A stretch of DNA of 45,333 nucleotides. It comes from Deltaproteobacteria bacterium (lineage in GTDB: Bacteria > Desulfobacterota > Syntrophia > Syntrophales > Smithellaceae). The notes under the pieces are model-generated. The model ran no database searches. It was not told where the DNA came from and saw only the letters and a program-made list of their open reading frames with translations. Below, piece after piece: positions 23,854 to 32,005 of the stretch. The stretch's first letter is position 1. Every line of letters starts with the position of its first letter. The translations under genes were made by a program, and so were the position numbers. The stretch spans positions 1 to 45,333 of the forward strand of contig DSAV01000102.1 of assembly GCA_011046295.1 (NCBI GenBank). The letters are read 5' to 3'.

Positions 23854-26103
23854 ATGGAAGAAAAAATAAAAACCAAAAAAAGAAATCAGGAAATCAAGGG
23901 GCTGATTTTTCTCGCCCTGGCAATAATTTTTCTGCTTTGCCTGGTTTCCTATCATCCCGAAGACCCATCGTTCACGCGCTTTGTTCCCGAAGATACTCCC
24001 ACTCAAAACTTCATGGGTTATATCGGCTCCTATACCGCCGATTCGTTAATACGCCTTCTGGGCTTCGGCTCGTTTTTGTTGCCGTTGCTTTTTTTGCTGT
24101 TTTCTTTAAAATACTTTTTAAGGCCTGCCTTTATTGTAAAAAAAGGGCGTGTTTTGAGCTTTGTTGTTTTTGTTCTTACGGTCGCCGGTCTCCTTTCGCT
24201 CATTTTCAACAGCGGCGTGACTATCCGCGGCGAACCATTGCAGGCGGGCGGACTTATCGGTTCATCAATTGTAAAAATCCTTCTGTATTTTTTCAACATT
24301 GTCGGCACCTATGTTGTCCTCATTGTTCTTTTCCTGATTACACTAATTTTGCTTGTTGAATTTTCACTTGTCTCCTTAACCGAGCGTTTTTTCCAGTCAT
24401 CGCTTAATATTTTTTCTCTGATTAAGGAACAGATTGCAGCGTTTTTCAGTTTTCTTTTCCGCCACCTGAAGAAAGAAAGAAAGGCGCCGGCGGTCATCGA
24501 AAAACCTGTGATGGCGGGGAAAAAACCCAGGCCGAGAAAAATCGAACAGGCTCATTTTGATTTCACAAGAACTCTGAGCGACAGCAAATATGAACTTCCC
24601 CCCATTACTCTGCTGGAAGAGTCACAGCATAAAGACACACGCGTAAAAAGGGACAACCTGATTACCAATTCGCGTATCCTGGAAAAAAAGCTTGCTGATT
24701 TTGGCGTCATGGCGCGCGTTACGGAAGTTATCCCCGGCCCGGTGATTACCATGTACGAAGTCGAGCCGGCGCCGGGCGTTAAAATAAATCGTATCACCAA
24801 TCTGGCTGATGACCTGGCGCTGGCGCTGATGGCGCCCAGCATCCGCATCATCGCGCCTATTCCGGGAAAATCGGTAATTGGGATTGAAATTCCCAATCTC
24901 AAACGCGAGCATGTTTTTCTCAAAGACGTTTTGGATAACGATGACTTTCAGGAATCACCATCCAAGCTGCCTATCGCTTTGGGCGTAAATTTTGTGGGAG
25001 CGCCGGTTATCGCCGATTTAGCCAGAATGCCGCATCTTTTGATTGCCGGCACCACCGGCTCCGGCAAAAGCGTCGCGCTCAACGCGATGATTTGCAGCAT
25101 TTTATTTAGAGCCCGTCCGGATGACGTCAAATTCCTGATGATTGACCCGAAGAGGCTGGAGCTTTCTTCCTATGGCGGCATTCCTCATCTGATTCATCCT
25201 GTTGTGGTCGATCCTAAAAAGGCATCTCAGGTCTTGCGCTGGACGGTGGAAGAAGTGGAAAGACGCTACAGGGTGATAAGCGACGTGGGCGCGAAAAGCA
25301 TTGATTTTTATAACGCGCTGCTGGCCAAGGGGTCCAAAAGCAAGGCCTTTCAGCAGGCAATGGAACAGCAGCAAGAGGAAGCGTGGCATAATCCTGAATT
25401 GGCAAATCCCGCCACCGGCACTCCTGGCGAAAACAGAAACGAGATAAATCACGCTAAGCTTCCTTATATTGTTGTCATTATTGATGAACTGGCGGATCTG
25501 ATGATGGTGGCCCCGCGTGACGTGGAAGAATCTCTGACCAGGCTGGCGCAGATGGCGCGCGCAGCGGGCATCCACTTGATTATCGCCACGCAGCGGCCTT
25601 CAGTTGATGTCATCACCGGATTGATTAAAGCGAATTTCCCCACGCGCATTTCCTTTCAGGTATCTTCCAAGATAGATTCGCGCACGATTATTGACCAGCA
25701 GGGCGCGGAACAGCTCCTCGGCGCGGGGGATATGTTGTTTATTCCGCCCGGCACATTCAAGCTCTCTCGCATCCACGGCGCCTATGTTTCGGACAAGGAA
25801 ATTTCGCGTATTGTCGATTTCATCAAAATGCAGGCGCAGCCTTCTTACGATTCAACCATTGAAGAGTTTCAGGTCGCCGCTACACAGGCTCAGCATGAGG
25901 ATGACGATGATTCAAAATATGACGAGGCGGTGGCTCTAGTTAGTGAGCTGGGGCAGGCGTCCATTTCCCTGGTTCAGCGCTACATGAAAATCGGTTACAA
26001 TCGCGCGGCGCGCATTATCGAACAGATGGAGCGCGAAGGCATTGTGGGCCCCTCTGACGGCGCCAAACCAAGAAAAGTTCTTGTCCGGAAGCTTCCCCGT
26101 TGA
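23854..26103 (+). CDS. ftsK: DNA translocase FtsK
   Basis: Four to five N-terminal TM helices, a linker, a motor domain with Walker A GTTGSGKS, DELADLMM and IATQRPSVDVITG, and a C-terminal gamma wHTH (SISLVQRYMKIGYNRAARIIEQME). Confidence 0.9.
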   Translation: MEEKIKTKKRNQEIKGLIFLALAIIFLLCLVSYHPEDPSFTRFVPEDTPTQNFMGYIGSYTADSLIRLLGFGSFLLPLLFLLFSLKYFLRPAFIVKKGRVLSFVVFVLTVAGLLSLIFNSGVTIRGEPLQAGGLIGSSIVKILLYFFNIVGTYVVLIVLFLITLILLVEFSLVSLTERFFQSSLNIFSLIKEQIAAFFSFLFRHLKKERKAPAVIEKPVMAGKKPRPRKIEQAHFDFTRTLSDSKYELPPITLLEESQHKDTRVKRDNLITNSRILEKKLADFGVMARVTEVIPGPVITMYEVEPAPGVKINRITNLADDLALALMAPSIRIIAPIPGKSVIGIEIPNLKREHVFLKDVLDNDDFQESPSKLPIALGVNFVGAPVIADLARMPHLLIAGTTGSGKSVALNAMICSILFRARPDDVKFLMIDPKRLELSSYGGIPHLIHPVVVDPKKASQVLRWTVEEVERRYRVISDVGAKSIDFYNALLAKGSKSKAFQQAMEQQQEEAWHNPELANPATGTPGENRNEINHAKLPYIVVIIDELADLMMVAPRDVEESLTRLAQMARAAGIHLIIATQRPSVDVITGLIKANFPTRISFQVSSKIDSRTIIDQQGAEQLLGAGDMLFIPPGTFKLSRIHGAYVSDKEISRIVDFIKMQAQPSYDSTIEEFQVAATQAQHEDDDDSKYDEAVALVSELGQASISLVQRYMKIGYNRAARIIEQMEREGIVGPSDGAKPRKVLVRKLPR

Positions 26104-27449
26104 AAAAAGAAAAATCACAAAGTGTACATTTTATCAGCCTGGGCTGTCCGAAAAATCTTATCGATTCGGAAGTCATGGCGGGGCTCCTCAATAAATCCGG
26201 CAGGCCCTCAACTCAGACATCTGAGAACGCTGATATCGTCATTGTCAACACCTGCGGCTTTATCGATGCCGCCAAAGAAGAATCATTGCAAGAAATTCTG
26301 ACGCTGGCCGAAGAAAAGAAAAAAGGCGGCCGGCAATTTAAGATCGTTGTCGCCGGATGTTTGGCGCAGCGCTACGGCAGAGAACTTCTTGCCGAAATTC
26401 CTGAAGTCGATTTGTTTATCGGCACGGGAGAAGTCGGCAATATCGCGCGGCATGTTAACACTTTGGAAAAAGCAAGCTTTCGCCGCGCTAGTATCATCAG
26501 CAAACCTCAATTTCTGATGAATTATCAACACCATAGAATAATGCCCGCAAAAACAGCCTTTGCTTATTTAAAAATATCAGATGGTTGCTCCAATTGCTGC
26601 TCCTACTGCGCGATACCGGCAATCCGCGGCAGGGCGCGCAGCCGGATGCCGAAAGATATTCTGCGCGAGGCGGAAAATTTGGCGGCGCAAGGCTTTAAGG
26701 AAATAATTATCACCGGCCAGGATACCACCGCCTACGGAAAAGATTTAAAAAGCCGCCCGCGCTTATCCGGTTTATTGAAAGATATGGCGCAAATTAAGGG
26801 CATCAAGTGGATTCGTTTGCTTTACGCTCATCCGGCGCATGTCACCGAAGAGTTGCTCACAACTATGGCTGATACCAGAAAAATCTGCCCCTACATCGAT
26901 TTGCCGATTCAGCATATCGATGATGATATTTTAAAATCAATGAATCGCAGAGTGACTTCAACAAAAATCAAAACAGTAATTGCTCAGGCCAGGCAGATTA
27001 TTCCTAATCTGGCGTTAAGGACCTCTTTGATTGTCGGCTTTCCCGGTGAAACACAAAAGCGTTTTGAAAGATTATTGGATTTTGTTCACAAAACAAAATT
27101 TGATCATCTGGGTGTTTTTACCTATTCGCGCGAAGAAGGCACAACCGCGGCAAAAATAAAATCACAGATATCCAAAAAAGAAAAAGGGCGCCGGCGCGAT
27201 TTAATCATGAGCGAGCAGGCTGTTATTTCACACTCTATCAATCAAGGCTTTATTGGCTCTGTGCAGGAAGTGCTGATTGAAGAAAAAAGCGATAGGCCTG
27301 ATTTTGATTTTGCAGGCAGATGCCGCCGTCAGGCGCCGGATATTGACGGAATTACTTACCTTAAAGGCGCAAACGCGAAAATCGGTTCTATCGTAAAATG
27401 CAAAGTCATTGCCGCTGATGATTATGATCTTTTTGGCAATATTATATAG
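26100..27449 (+). CDS. rimO: ribosomal protein S12 methylthiotransferase RimO
   Basis: UPF0004 N-terminus (ISLGCPKN...NTCGF), radical SAM CSNCCSYC and a C-terminal TRAM domain. TTG start overlapping the ftsK stop. Confidence 0.9.
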   Translation: MKKEKSQSVHFISLGCPKNLIDSEVMAGLLNKSGRPSTQTSENADIVIVNTCGFIDAAKEESLQEILTLAEEKKKGGRQFKIVVAGCLAQRYGRELLAEIPEVDLFIGTGEVGNIARHVNTLEKASFRRASIISKPQFLMNYQHHRIMPAKTAFAYLKISDGCSNCCSYCAIPAIRGRARSRMPKDILREAENLAAQGFKEIIITGQDTTAYGKDLKSRPRLSGLLKDMAQIKGIKWIRLLYAHPAHVTEELLTTMADTRKICPYIDLPIQHIDDDILKSMNRRVTSTKIKTVIAQARQIIPNLALRTSLIVGFPGETQKRFERLLDFVHKTKFDHLGVFTYSREEGTTAAKIKSQISKKEKGRRRDLIMSEQAVISHSINQGFIGSVQEVLIEEKSDRPDFDFAGRCRRQAPDIDGITYLKGANAKIGSIVKCKVIAADDYDLFGNII

Positions 27450-27532
27450 TCAAAAACAGGTTTGACAATTAAGCTATTATTAAAATATAGTTTCAGCATG
27501 ATTATTGACGACCTCGCAACAATACGTCACCT

Positions 27533-27600
27533 TGTCATACCGGCGAAAGCCGGTATCCAGTTCTTATAACTCTGGATTCCGGATCTAGTCCGGAATGACA
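27533..27600. other. 68-nt element forming a perfectly paired four-helix cloverleaf or cruciform (REP/MITE-like structured element or small RNA)
   Basis: All pairs are Watson-Crick. P1 is 27533-38 with 27595-600 (TGTCAT/ATGACA). H1 is 27539-44 with 27549-54, with a GAAA loop. H2 is 27556-60 with 27572-76, with an 11-nt loop. H3 is 27578-83 with 27589-94, with a 5-nt loop. It is intergenic between rimO and the polyprenyl synthase gene. Confidence 0.5.
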
Positions 27601-28596
27601 AAAAAGAAAGTATATTCAAGCATGCAGATTCAGGAAGTTTTTTCGGCATATAAAAAAGACCTGCAAGAGGTGGAAAAATACCTTAGCCGATATATAACTT
27701 CCGATGTTAAACTTATTCCCGAGGTTTCACGCCATCTGATTGGGAGCGGCGGCAAAAGATTCCGTCCGTTACTGTTATTAATCAGCGCGGCGCTTTGCGG
27801 CTACAAAAGGAAAAGCCGCTTCCCCATGGCCGCGGTGATGGAATTTATCCATACCGCCACACTGCTGCACGATGATGTCATTGACCAGGCAATTATGCGT
27901 CGTGGCAAGACTTCCGCCAACAACATCTGGGGCAACGCGGCCAGCGTCCTGGTGGGAGATTTTCTTTATTCCAAGTCATTCACCCTGATGACGGAAATCG
28001 GCAATATGCAGATATTGAAAATGATGTCAGATGTGACCAATGTCATGTCGGAGGGTGAAGTTTTCCAGCTCATGAAATGCGGCGATGTTAATCTTACCGA
28101 AGAAGAATATTTGACAATTATTCATAAAAAAACGGCGGTATTGATTTCCGCCGCCTGTTCATCCGGCGCCATTCTGGCAGGGGCATCTCAGGATAAAGTT
28201 GCCTCGCTGGCGCATTTCGGCCACAATATCGGCATGGCTTTTCAAATAACGGATGACACGCTGGATTACATGGCCAAAGAAAAAGATTTCGGCAAATCCA
28301 TCGGCAAGGATCTGGAAGAAGGCAAAATGACCCTGCCGCTGATTTACGCGTTGAAAAAAGCAAAACCTGCGGAGAGAAAGCTAATTAAAGAAAAAGTATC
28401 GCGCAAGAAACTTTCTCAAAAATGCCTGAAAGAAATTCTGATCTTTATACAAGAACACGGCGGTATCGACTACGCCCTTAAATGCGCCCAAAAATTCATC
28501 ACTGACGCCAAAGCAATGCTGGAAATCTTTCCGGAAAGCACTCAAAAAAAGCAACTCCACGCGGTAGCGGATTATATTCTTTCACGAAAAATATAG
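27595..28596 (+). CDS. trans-polyprenyl diphosphate synthase (IspB / hepta- to octaprenyl type)
   Basis: First DDxxD (LLHDDVIDQAIMRRG) and second DDxxD (FQITDDTLD), plus GKDLEEGKMTLP. The ATG at 27595 lies inside the cloverleaf element, so the true start may be the ATG at 27622 (MQIQEVF...). Confidence 0.85.
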   Translation: MTKKKVYSSMQIQEVFSAYKKDLQEVEKYLSRYITSDVKLIPEVSRHLIGSGGKRFRPLLLLISAALCGYKRKSRFPMAAVMEFIHTATLLHDDVIDQAIMRRGKTSANNIWGNAASVLVGDFLYSKSFTLMTEIGNMQILKMMSDVTNVMSEGEVFQLMKCGDVNLTEEEYLTIIHKKTAVLISAACSSGAILAGASQDKVASLAHFGHNIGMAFQITDDTLDYMAKEKDFGKSIGKDLEEGKMTLPLIYALKKAKPAERKLIKEKVSRKKLSQKCLKEILIFIQEHGGIDYALKCAQKFITDAKAMLEIFPESTQKKQLHAVADYILSRKI

Positions 28597-28727
28597 CACC
28601 ATTCCCCTTATAAATTATTACCTTAGAACTAGTAATTTAAGGCAAGATAACGAAAGGCATTGAGCCATTATGCCGTTGACAATGTACCCCATATGTGCTA
28701 CAGAACCAAGAATGGAGGAATAAAAAC

Positions 28728-29003
28728 ATGGCTAAAACAAATACTAAAATAAAAAGCGCTATGGTCCGCGCCCGCATAGAGCCGGCTTTAAAAACAAAAG
28801 CAGAAAAATATTTTGATATGCTGGGGCTATCAACAACTCAGGCAATTACTTTGTTCTTCAAGCAAGTTGAACTTCATCGCGGGTTGCCTTTTGAAGTAAA
28901 TATTCCCAATGCCGAAACTTTAGCGGCCATGAAAGAAATAGAAAACGGAGGCGGCAAGAAATTCAAAAATGCAGATGAGTTATTCGACCACCTGGGCATT
29001 TGA
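28728..29003 (+). CDS. dinJ: type II antitoxin, RelB/DinJ family
   Basis: MAKTNTKIKSAMVRARIEPALKTKAEKYFDMLGLSTTQAITLFFKQV is the DinJ-type ribbon-helix-helix N-terminus. GGAGGA RBS at 28714-28719. Its stop overlaps the toxin start (ATGA). Confidence 0.75.
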   Translation: MAKTNTKIKSAMVRARIEPALKTKAEKYFDMLGLSTTQAITLFFKQVELHRGLPFEVNIPNAETLAAMKEIENGGGKKFKNADELFDHLGI

Positions 29004-29278
29004 TGATGAAAAAAATTCATATCAGCACCGCATTTGAAAAAGATGTTGCAAGATTGGTTAAAAGAAACAAGGATATGGAAAAGCTCAAATCCGCAATTCG
29101 TTCTTTAGCGCGGGGAGAAAAGCTTGATCTAATATATCGAGATCATAAATTGACAGGAAACTATTATGGCTGTAGAGATTGTCATATAGAATCAGACTGG
29201 CTGTTGATTTACAAATACAATGAAGACACGTTATTTTTAGTACGAACCGGAACACATTCAGATTTATTTAAAAAGTAA
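29003..29278 (+). CDS. yafQ: type II toxin, YafQ/RelE-family mRNA interferase
   Basis: HKLTGNYYGCRDCHIESDWLLIYKYNEDTLFLVRTGTHSDLF matches the YafQ pattern (H-x-L-x-G...ECHI-x-PDWLLIY...L-x-RTGSHS-x-LF). About 91 aa. Confidence 0.8.
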   Translation: MMKKIHISTAFEKDVARLVKRNKDMEKLKSAIRSLARGEKLDLIYRDHKLTGNYYGCRDCHIESDWLLIYKYNEDTLFLVRTGTHSDLFKK

Positions 29279-29320
29279 CGCGTAAACACTTTCACAAAAA
29301 TAACTAAAAGATATTTTAAA

Positions 29321-29461
29321 CACGGCGGTATTGATTACGTCCTTAAATGCGCGGAAAAATATATCGCTGACTCCAAAGCAATGCTACGCATCTTCCCTGA
29401 AAGCAAAGAAAAGAATCAGCTTTTAGCAATTGCAGATTATATTATTTCAAGAAGCACATAG
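29321..29461 (+). pseudogene. orphan 3'-terminal fragment (46 codons plus stop) of a second, diverged polyprenyl synthase gene
   Basis: It translates to HGGIDYVLKCAEKYIADSKAMLRIFPESKEKNQLLAIADYIISRST*. This is colinear with the last 46 codons of the intact gene (HGGIDYALKCAQKFITDAKAMLEIFPESTQKKQLHAVADYILSRKI*, 28456-28596). By hand alignment it is about three quarters identical in nucleotides and 32/46 in amino acids. There is no upstream coding continuation. Confidence 0.7.
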
Positions 29462-29619
29462 CATAGGAGAAAGTACGTTACTTTCACCTACTAATAAATG
29501 ACTTAAAAATGTCCTGACATTATTAATTACAACCCAAAAGACTCAACGAAAAAATCAGCCAGAGCAAGGCGCTAGCTTTACTGACGACTGTATTGGTTTT
29601 GCTCGAAGTGTTTTATTCT

Positions 29620-30573
29620 TCAGTATTCAATAAAGTAAATTCTGATATCTTGTTTCGGAACAAAATTAGTTAAGCTTGCTTCAAATCGTGAAGATGTCTT
29701 TTTTGTTAACTTTGGATAGCAGGTGCTAATATGTTTTCCATCATCTTTACTTTCGATAACCAAACGAAATGACCTGATAGGTTTTTTCCAATTATTTGCC
29801 GTAACAAGAATGTAATCCACATAAGTATAGTTACTAATATTAGGTCGTTTTTTTAACCATAGGTCAGCCTTTCCATCAATACAAGCATTTTGGGGAATTT
29901 CATTTTTTGATGAAAATAAAGCATAGCCCATGTAAGGTCTATACGAATGTCGAACTGTAACGGTTCCTTTGGCCGGAAATGTTTGAGTCCAATAATATTT
30001 CCTAGATACTTTCCAGTTTGGCCAGAGAAAATTATTGTCATTTATCACAAGATTGTTTTTGATCAGCAATTGCTGCTGAACTTTACTTAGTTTCTTAAAA
30101 AATAATTCCGGTATTTGCCCTTTATCTCTTTTCGGGTTGTAACGCGTAAATTCAGCAATTTTCCCGAAATCTTTGATTGATATTCCCATGTTTTCAAGCA
30201 ATATTGTGTGATCAATTTTATTAACAAATGCCCTGATCTCTTCTTTATGCTTTATTCTTTTGCCATTTATTTCGACTATAAAATCGTCATACATCGGTTC
30301 CACAGTCATGTCCGATAAATCAAATTTATAATCTGGGATGGGGAACACAATCTCCGTAATTATATCGTTGTTTGAGTGATTCTTGAATATATAGCTGACC
30401 TCAATCTTGTTTTCACTTATGTAAAGGTCTTCTTTCTCAATCGAAATATTTTTTTCCTCTTTCAAATATATACCTGTAGCCGCTATTCCTGCTGCCGAAT
30501 CATTGGCAAAAGAAATAGGGCTAAAGCATAAAATGACGAGGATGGCTATTGCTTGAATTAATATTTTAATCAT
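29620..30573 (-). CDS. secreted DUF4424-like protein
   Basis: Signal peptide ending SFA-NDSAAGIAATGIYLK, then EDLYIS...IEVSYIFKNHSNNDIITEIVFPIPD. This matches my memory of the DUF4424 N-terminus (ANDSSA..GGL....EDLFIS....V.Y.F.N......VAFPMPD). The gene is visibly AT-rich. Confidence 0.5.
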   Translation of the reverse strand: MIKILIQAIAILVILCFSPISFANDSAAGIAATGIYLKEEKNISIEKEDLYISENKIEVSYIFKNHSNNDIITEIVFPIPDYKFDLSDMTVEPMYDDFIVEINGKRIKHKEEIRAFVNKIDHTILLENMGISIKDFGKIAEFTRYNPKRDKGQIPELFFKKLSKVQQQLLIKNNLVINDNNFLWPNWKVSRKYYWTQTFPAKGTVTVRHSYRPYMGYALFSSKNEIPQNACIDGKADLWLKKRPNISNYTYVDYILVTANNWKKPIRSFRLVIESKDDGKHISTCYPKLTKKTSSRFEASLTNFVPKQDIRIYFIEY

Positions 30574-30676
30574 TCTTGTTCTCCACTGAACACCATTATC
30601 TTTTTTTATAAATTTCTAGCCGATCAATTAGTATACCAACTTGGTATTTGCCGAAATTCTGATATTCACTACTTCA

Positions 30677-31135
30677 TTAATCCCAGTAAAAGCGAAGACT
30701 GGTTTGCGTTTGTCCCTTAACAATATTCGCGGTGCTTTGTTTTTCTCTGCCGGATAGAGACGCGCTAACCGTGTATTTTCCCGTTGGCAAATCCGCATAA
30801 AACCAGGGACCTTCCGAAACGGCGTCAAGAACCTTTTTGCCGCTGTTATCATAAATTTTTACACGGACATCGGAAAGATATTCCCTGCTTTTAACCGCGA
30901 AGACAAGTTTCAGGCTATAGTTTTTGCCAATGCCGGTCAGCCTTTCGCGCTCATCCAAACCAATACCGCCGCTTATGTATGAAATGCCCTTGTATTCACC
31001 TTTACCCCCGGACGGGGCGCTGCTATCTTTCGTTGTCTGGTTTGTCGCGCAGCCGGAAACCAAAAGAATGACGCAAAACAATATGTTAATATAATTTCTT
31101 ATTTGCCCCCCTGTGAACACGAAATTATATACCAC
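30677..31135 (-). CDS. lipoprotein with a carboxypeptidase-regulatory-like beta-sandwich C-terminus (tentative)
   Basis: Lipobox LLVSGC, a YISGGIGLDERE motif, and LPTGKYTVSASL typical of CarboxypepD_reg-like folds. GTG start. Confidence 0.45.
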   Translation of the reverse strand: MVYNFVFTGGQIRNYINILFCVILLVSGCATNQTTKDSSAPSGGKGEYKGISYISGGIGLDERERLTGIGKNYSLKLVFAVKSREYLSDVRVKIYDNSGKKVLDAVSEGPWFYADLPTGKYTVSASLSGREKQSTANIVKGQTQTSLRFYWD

Positions 31136-31179
31136 TAAAAAACACCGGCTAAACCATGCGGCAATACATCTTTGCGTCT

Positions 31180-31737
31180 TTATCGCAATTCCTTTAAAAC
31201 ATGCTCCAGCCTGTCTATTATTTCCGGCTCAGCAACGGCAGTGGAAAATTCCTTAAGCCATTTACGGATATAATCTAAATCAACATCGGGTATTTTCAGC
31301 AATACGCCACGAACATCTTCAATGTCACGCGGACGGCCGGCAACGATTTTATGAATAATAAGATCTTCAGGCGCGGCAAAATTCACGTCATAATCAAGTA
31401 TCCGAACTTTTCTGGAGTTTGCTATCGCCTGTCTTTCGTAAGGCGAAAAAGAAAAAATAAAGTCGATTCTTATTCCCGTCTCTTCTTCAAGAACGGGCAA
31501 TACCATCGTTTCTCGCGCGAATTTTTTTGCATCGTCGGGCAATATTTTCAGTTTAAGATCAGCGGCAAGAGCGGTTATTATATCGAGTTTATCGATATCA
31601 ACTCCCAGTGTTATATCAATATCGCGGGTCAGGCGTGGTTCGCCATAGAGCAAAACAGCCTGTCCGCCGATAAGCATGTAAGGAATATCGCGGCGTTCGA
31701 GCTGCGCGCCTATGGATGAGATGATTTTTTCGAACAT
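31180..31737 (-). CDS. minimal nucleotidyltransferase-fold protein (MNT / DUF2204 / DUF6036-like)
   Basis: IGGQAVLLYGEPRLTRDIDI fits the pol-beta NTase signature G-[GS]-x9-13-D-x-D. A third acidic position lies in IRIDFIF, and there is a C-terminal GRPRDIEDV motif. Confidence 0.5.
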   Translation of the reverse strand: MFEKIISSIGAQLERRDIPYMLIGGQAVLLYGEPRLTRDIDITLGVDIDKLDIITALAADLKLKILPDDAKKFARETMVLPVLEEETGIRIDFIFSFSPYERQAIANSRKVRILDYDVNFAAPEDLIIHKIVAGRPRDIEDVRGVLLKIPDVDLDYIRKWLKEFSTAVAEPEIIDRLEHVLKELR

Positions 31738-31976
31738 GAATTAATCACCCGGGCGATGTTTATATCAACTTCTATCCCCGCCAACGGATCCTGGAAAGGC
31801 ACTACTCCCAACGTAATCGCTTCCTGCCACATTGCGGAAAAAATATTGAACGCTTTTGGCGGCGCAAGCTGCCCTTCCCGGCGGACCAATGAATCCTCAA
31901 AGTCTTTTAGTATACGACTGTTTTTTATCATCATCTTTCCTGATATTATAAGTTTTATAAAATAATCCGTTGTCAA
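31710..31976 (-). CDS. small protein translationally coupled to the nucleotidyltransferase, function unknown
   Basis: 88-aa ORF (possibly starting at an internal MMIKNS). It overlaps the downstream NTase gene by 28 nt. No Rx4-6H HEPN motif seen. Confidence 0.35.
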   Translation of the reverse strand: MTTDYFIKLIISGKMMIKNSRILKDFEDSLVRREGQLAPPKAFNIFSAMWQEAITLGVVPFQDPLAGIEVDINIARVINSCSKKSSHP

Positions 31977-32005
31977 TTACAAGCTGTATGGTTGCGTCAT
32001 CTTGT

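Noticed and set aside
27498-27569. A short ORF (MIIDDLATIRHLVIPAKAGIQFL) running through the structured element.
   Set aside because: There is no RBS. Its sequence is dictated by the hairpin arms, and peptides of this type look like translation artefacts of a repeat element.
27533-27600. The cloverleaf element, considered as a tRNA or tRNA pseudogene.
   Set aside because: It has a 6-bp acceptor-like stem, a GAAA tetraloop in place of a D-loop, an 11-nt 'anticodon' loop, a 5-nt 'T' loop without TTC, no variable region and no discriminator or CCA. It is tRNA-shaped only in topology.
28597-32000. The accessory patch, considered as an intact mobile element or prophage remnant.
   Set aside because: No integrase, transposase, recombinase, phage structural gene or terminal inverted repeats are visible. 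Only the duplicated gene 3' end hints at past integration.
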